IMG/VR virus record: IMGVR_UViG_3300031229_000011 | Location: 1 to 25,605 of that record | Length of the DNA: 25,605 nt | Source: a virus | Taxonomy: Duplodnaviria; Caudoviricetes | Direction: 5' to 3' (one strand) | Shown here: positions 21,286 through 25,605 of the stretch, in pieces | Position numbering within the stretch: position 1 is the first letter of the stretch | Layout: each line of letters starts with the position of its first letter | The notes under the pieces: generated by a model | Databases searched by the model: none | Seen by the model: only the letters and a program-made list of their open reading frames with translations | What the model was told of the DNA's origin: nothing | Translations under genes and position numbers: made by a program

Positions 21286-23006
21286 TGGCGACGCAGTTGT
21301 TCCTGATTTCTACTATAGGGGGTGACCCGGGGAGCGACTACTCAACTGGCAACAATGACGCGAGACTTAATGGCACCACATCCGGCTGGGTCAACAAGCG
21401 TCTGGGCACGGGACGGATCGGGTCACAGACCTCCCACGGAACACTGACAGTCGCTGGCCCGACGAACGGCGTTGAGGTCGCTGTTGGGACAGCCACCGTT
21501 GCGTTCATCAGCGCGCCCCTCGATGCTGACGTGACCATCTCGGGTTCGATCACCTGGAACCTGTGGGCGTCGGAATCCAACATGGCCGCCAATGCCTCGA
21601 TCAATGGCATCCTCGAAGTCATCGACGGTGCGACGGGCGCTATCACGCTCATTGATAAGACAGCTCGAACGATCGAACTCGGAACGTCGGCTGCTGCCGC
21701 GAACTTCGCCGAGACGCCAGCCGCCGGAATCGCGTGCAAGCGCGGCGATCGACTCCGCGCTCGTGTCTTTGGTGACGACACGACGGGTGGCGGCAGCGGC
21801 GATATGGTCAGCGGCCACTCCTTCGACTTCTTTTACAGTGCCTTGTCGGAAGGCGTTCTCGGCGACTCCTACCTGACGCTCACCGAGGACCTGACCTTCG
21901 TCAGCGAGCCTGCCGGGTCGCAGATATTCCTGACTGATACGGCAGGACTTGGTGAGACAGTCAGCGACACGGGGTTCACAGCGGGTGGAACTTACGAGAA
22001 CGTTGACCGATCAGGAGCCGCAGCATGGTCAAACCCGAGCAACGCTGCGGTAAGCGACGACGTGTTCGCTTCTGCCCTGAATGCTGGGAGCGGGACGGAC
22101 TACCTCGTGTGTCGCAATCTCGGCCTGTCCATTCCAGCAGGCAGTGCGATACGCGGAGTGGAGGTTGAAGTCGAGTGGAACGCCGATACCGGCGGTCAGA
22201 AAATGACAGCACAATTGCAGGATGACGCCGGGGCGTTGATCGGGTCATCGAAGGACACCGAGAGCGCAGGTGGCGCTGAGATTGTTCATACCTTGGGTGG
22301 GCAAGACGACAACTGGGGCGCAATGCTGACTGAGGCGATTGCGGAAGACCCGGATTTTGGTGTGCGCATCTGGTCCAGTTTTGCCCTTGCGAACTTCACT
22401 GTTGATCGTATCCGTGTCAAGGTCTACTACGCCCCCGCCAACAAGAACCGTGAGGCATGGACCAGCCGTGGCGCTGGTGTACAAACTGATGTAACGAATA
22501 CGGTTGCGGGTTGGACTGCCCCGATCCAAATAACCGACACCGCTGGCGGCACCGTCGTCGACTGGTTCACGAAACCGCTTACGGCGTTCACGCTGGGCGG
22601 AGCCGTCCGCTGCAACGTTCGGGCGAAAGAAAACTCTACTTCGCAGAACGCGGGGCTTCGTCTTGAGATCAGCGTTGTAAACGGAGATGGCACGAACCCC
22701 ATCACATGGGCGGCGGCATCGACTGTTGAGGCCGCGGGTGCTGGCGAGGCAGCAGTGTCGTTTTTGGTCGCGGGCGATGACGTGGCGGTGTCTGATGGGC
22801 AGCGTCTGCGGATTAGGGCTTACGTAGATGACAGTCCCGACGCTCCTATTCTGGGTGGCGGCAACATGACTCTCTACTACGCCGGAACCTCCGGTGGTGC
22901 CTCGGGCGACACGTTCCTGACGTTTAGCCAAACGCTCACTGAGGCCGCAGCAGCTGCCGGGCGCGTCCCGAAGTCCACGCCCTACCCCCAGCTTCTAGCA
23001 CACTGA
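21285..23006 (+). CDS. putative virion fibre/adhesin protein: two repeated beta domains plus an inserted domain
   Basis: 573 aa, G/A/S/T-rich; internal repeat (GDRLRARVFGDD..GDSYLTLTEDLT vs GQRLRIRAYVDD..GDTFLTFSQTLT). Confidence 0.7.
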   Translation: MATQLFLISTIGGDPGSDYSTGNNDARLNGTTSGWVNKRLGTGRIGSQTSHGTLTVAGPTNGVEVAVGTATVAFISAPLDADVTISGSITWNLWASESNMAANASINGILEVIDGATGAITLIDKTARTIELGTSAAAANFAETPAAGIACKRGDRLRARVFGDDTTGGGSGDMVSGHSFDFFYSALSEGVLGDSYLTLTEDLTFVSEPAGSQIFLTDTAGLGETVSDTGFTAGGTYENVDRSGAAAWSNPSNAAVSDDVFASALNAGSGTDYLVCRNLGLSIPAGSAIRGVEVEVEWNADTGGQKMTAQLQDDAGALIGSSKDTESAGGAEIVHTLGGQDDNWGAMLTEAIAEDPDFGVRIWSSFALANFTVDRIRVKVYYAPANKNREAWTSRGAGVQTDVTNTVAGWTAPIQITDTAGGTVVDWFTKPLTAFTLGGAVRCNVRAKENSTSQNAGLRLEISVVNGDGTNPITWAAASTVEAAGAGEAAVSFLVAGDDVAVSDGQRLRIRAYVDDSPDAPILGGGNMTLYYAGTSGGASGDTFLTFSQTLTEAAAAAGRVPKSTPYPQLLAH

Positions 23007-23015
23007 GGAGGCCCC

Positions 23016-23510
23016 ATGGGTCACATCTACTCGGTCACGATGCAGAACCAGACGATCGTGGCCGACGCCACGCTGGTGATCATCCGTGCCGCCGCAGCCA
23101 TCGGCACTCGGGCCTCGCACCTTGAGCTGTTGCGGGCGTGGGCAGGTCAGCACGGCACGGCCACCAGTCAGAACCTCGGGATTATGATCGCCCAGAAGGC
23201 GTCGGCCTTCGGCACCTACACCTCGACGACGCCCGTGCCCCACACCCTCGGCGGCGCCGCGTCGGCAATCACCGGCTCCACGTCCGCTGCGGCATCCTCG
23301 GCGGGCACCGATGCCACGGCCGAGGGCGCCGGAACGGTGACGCCGCTGATTTACGACGGCTTCAACAACCTCAATGGCTGGCTGTGGGTGCCGACCCCCG
23401 ACGAGCGTGTTCAGGTACAGGACGGGATCGCCGTGATCCTGAAGATCGTCGGCACACCGACCACGCTGACGAGCTGGGACGCAGGGATCACTTTCCAAGA
23501 AGTCGACTGA
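23016..23510 (+). CDS. putative virion structural protein
   Basis: GAGGAGG RBS; A/T/G-rich; FNNLNGWLWVPTPDER. Confidence 0.7.
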   Translation: MGHIYSVTMQNQTIVADATLVIIRAAAAIGTRASHLELLRAWAGQHGTATSQNLGIMIAQKASAFGTYTSTTPVPHTLGGAASAITGSTSAAASSAGTDATAEGAGTVTPLIYDGFNNLNGWLWVPTPDERVQVQDGIAVILKIVGTPTTLTSWDAGITFQEVD

Positions 23511-23593
23511 CCTGACCGCTCGACCAATCCAATGGTCGACATGAAGGGGATACCACCCCGATGAACACCCATCAGCGCAAGCTGAAGACGATT

Positions 23594-23620
23594 GAGCCGG
23601 GGCCTTCGGGCCCCGGTTTT
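23594..23620 (+). terminator. intrinsic terminator with cUUCGg tetraloop
   Basis: GCCGGGGCC-TTCG-GGCCCCGGT then TTT. Confidence 0.8.
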
Positions 23621-23640
23621 GTCGTGCTCGGTGATCGCTG

Positions 23641-24174
23641 ATGAGCCTGTTCTATCGTCCGCCCCAGCCCCAGCAGCGCAGCCCTAGAGTCATCGTCTCT
23701 GGCCCGACGACGGTCGGAGGTTCGTTCACCGCCAACGCCGTCATCAAGTCGACGATCTCAGGCTCGTTCACGGCGAACGCTGTCACCAGACGGGCACAGG
23801 CCGGGTCATTCACCGCAAACGCAGTCATCAGGCGCGGCCAGACAGGCTCGATTAGCGCCGACGCGGCCATCTTCAAGATCGTCTCCGGCAGCCTCACCGC
23901 GAATGCGGTCCTGTTCAGGGCGATCTCTGGGTCCTTCACCGCTGACGCCCTGAAGTCCACTCTCGTCTCCGGCTCCTTCACGGCAAGCGCCACGATCCTG
24001 CGAGCCCAGACCGGCGGTCTCACAGCTGACGCTGTCATCCTGCGGGCGATTACCGGTAGCGTCACGGCCGATGCCCTTCTCGCCTCGGGGGGCACCGTTG
24101 TTGAGGGCTCGTTCACGGCTGACGCCGTCGTTCTCCGGACCTTCTGGTTCGGCAACGTCGAGGCGGGCTTCTGA
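23641..24174 (+). CDS. fibre-like protein with ten 14-aa GSFTA(N/D)A repeats
   Basis: GSFTANAVIKSTIS GSFTANAVTRRAQA GSFTANAVIRRGQT ... Confidence 0.8.
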   Translation: MSLFYRPPQPQQRSPRVIVSGPTTVGGSFTANAVIKSTISGSFTANAVTRRAQAGSFTANAVIRRGQTGSISADAAIFKIVSGSLTANAVLFRAISGSFTADALKSTLVSGSFTASATILRAQTGGLTADAVILRAITGSVTADALLASGGTVVEGSFTADAVVLRTFWFGNVEAGF

Positions 24175-25605
24175 TGGCGCAGTTTGCACGTCCGAACAGC
24201 GATGTCGTCTACGCGATGCTCGGGGCCACGCCGGTCGATACGGCGGGCAACCGCCATCAGAACATCGACGAGTCGACCCCGTCAGACACCGACTACATCT
24301 ACTCGCAGAACAACCCGACCGGCAGCAACCTGTCGGAGTTCGGTCTGTCGTCCGTCACTGACCCGGAAGTCTCGACCGGCCACGTCCTGCGCATCCGCTG
24401 CTTCCAGATCGACGAGGACTCCGGGTCTCACCCGATGGGCTCGGACGCCACCGGAACGGCAACCACGCTCGCGTGGGAGTTGCTTCAGGGCGTGACGGTT
24501 ATCGCCTCTGGCTCGATCAACCCCGGCGTCGAGGCGACCACTGAGGTCACGCTCACCGGCACCGAGGCCGACTCGATCACCGACTACGCCGACCTCCGGA
24601 TTGAGCTGAACCCCGGTGGTGGCGGGGGCGCGCCAGACAACCGACGTGGCGTAGCGATTAGCTGGGTCGAGCTTGAGATTCCGGACGCGGCCATCCCGGG
24701 CTCGTTCACCGCCGACGCGATCATCGCCATCGAGGCCACAGGCTCGCTGACCGCAGATGCGGTCGCCAAGCAGGAGCAAGCTGGCTCGTTCGCCGTTGAC
24801 GCCGTTGTGGATGACGGGGGGCGCGTGCCGGACGGCCCGGGCCCCACCCTCGACGCAACGATCAGGCGGATCGAAGCCGGGTCGCTGACGGTCGACGCCG
24901 CGATTTTCCGAACGCAGTCTGGCTCGTTCACGGCTGACGCCGTCATCGACCCTGGGATGGTCACGGTCGAGGGCTCGTTCTCGGCAGATGCCACCAGTCG
25001 GCGCGAGCAGACCGGCGACTTCACCGTCGATGCAGGCATCCTGCGAACGCAGGCAGGCTCCGCCACGGCCGACGCCGTCATCCGGACGACGATCGCCGGG
25101 GCCTTCACAGCCGACGCGACGATCGAAGCAGCGATCTCGGGGTCGTTCACGGCCGACGCGGTCGTCGTCCGTGAGGCAACCGGATCGTTCACAGCCGACG
25201 CGATTGTCGTACGCACCCAGGCTGGCTCGGTCACCGGTGATGCGGTCGTCTCCAGGGCAACCATTGGGTCGTTTACGGCGGACGCCTTCGTCTCTGGTCA
25301 GGCGACTGCCGATGCAGTCGTTCTCCGAACGCAGACCGGTAGCTTCAGCGCGGATGCCTTCATCCACGCTTCGTTCACCGCGGACGCGATCGTTCTGCGG
25401 GCACAGGCCGGGTCGTTCACCGCCGACGCCTTCGTCCAGGGCGTATCGACCTTCGCCTTCTCAGGCGACGCGGTCATCGTGCGCACCCAGACGGGTTCGA
25501 TCACCGCTGATGCGACCGTTCGTCGCGAGCAGACGGGCTCGCTCACCGCCGACGCCGTCGCTCGTCGCGAGATCGTCGGGTCGGTTACGGCGGACGCCTA
25601 CACCC
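24174..25605 (+). CDS. fibre-like protein: N-terminal globular domain plus 14-aa GSFTADA repeats (3' truncated by the window; not in ORF track)
   Basis: TGATG overlap; MAQFARPNSDV...ADSITDYADLRIE...ISWVELEIP, then about 20 GSFTADA-type repeats from 24699; no stop before 25605. Confidence 0.85.
   Translation, partial: MAQFARPNSDVVYAMLGATPVDTAGNRHQNIDESTPSDTDYIYSQNNPTGSNLSEFGLSSVTDPEVSTGHVLRIRCFQIDEDSGSHPMGSDATGTATTLAWELLQGVTVIASGSINPGVEATTEVTLTGTEADSITDYADLRIELNPGGGGGAPDNRRGVAISWVELEIPDAAIPGSFTADAIIAIEATGSLTADAVAKQEQAGSFAVDAVVDDGGRVPDGPGPTLDATIRRIEAGSLTVDAAIFRTQSGSFTADAVIDPGMVTVEGSFSADATSRREQTGDFTVDAGILRTQAGSATADAVIRTTIAGAFTADATIEAAISGSFTADAVVVREATGSFTADAIVVRTQAGSVTGDAVVSRATIGSFTADAFVSGQATADAVVLRTQTGSFSADAFIHASFTADAIVLRAQAGSFTADAFVQGVSTFAFSGDAVIVRTQTGSITADATVRREQTGSLTADAVARREIVGSVTADAYT

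Noticed and set aside
23561-23640. 26-aa ORF MNTHQRKLKTIEPG...
   Set aside because: Runs through the terminator hairpin; weak RBS sequestered in a stem
566-25546. Numerous long - strand ORFs (e.g. 566..1429, 10548..11348, 24282..25367)
   Set aside because: Antisense shadows of motif-bearing + strand genes, expected in GC-rich DNA; no motifs or RBS

Overview
GC-rich segment of a tailed dsDNA phage or prophage. No integrase or att site is visible and the host cannot be determined. Essentially all real genes lie on the + strand and are tightly coupled by ATGA/TGATG/GTGA overlaps; the many - strand ORFs look like shadows. 1-8210 is an accessory region of small hypothetical genes with a polysaccharide-lyase-like protein, a DGQHR ParB-like protein, an RQGD/DUF6745-type gene pair and a solo Phd/YefM-like DNA-binding protein. 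It carries three related TTGACA promoters that share a TTGTCWGACAA operator. 8211-8559 is a highly structured intergenic region with a strong intrinsic terminator. 8560-13032 encodes QueD-like, ParB-N, small terminase, large terminase, a small ORF and the portal. No capsid or protease gene follows the portal. Instead there is a 162-aa protein unusually rich in N-X-S/T sequons, then a glycan cassette (two NAD-dependent epimerase/dehydratases, two GT2-like and one GT-B glycosyltransferase, a sulfotransferase-like protein) bracketed by two degenerate 5-bp-period (SCNNG)n arrays. After that come two secreted-type proteins sharing an identical leader and virion/fibre-like proteins with 14-aa repeats running off the window end. 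Best candidate for a new system: phage-encoded glycosylation/sulfation, possibly N-linked, of a dedicated virion protein. All product calls come from motif recognition by eye; no searches were run.
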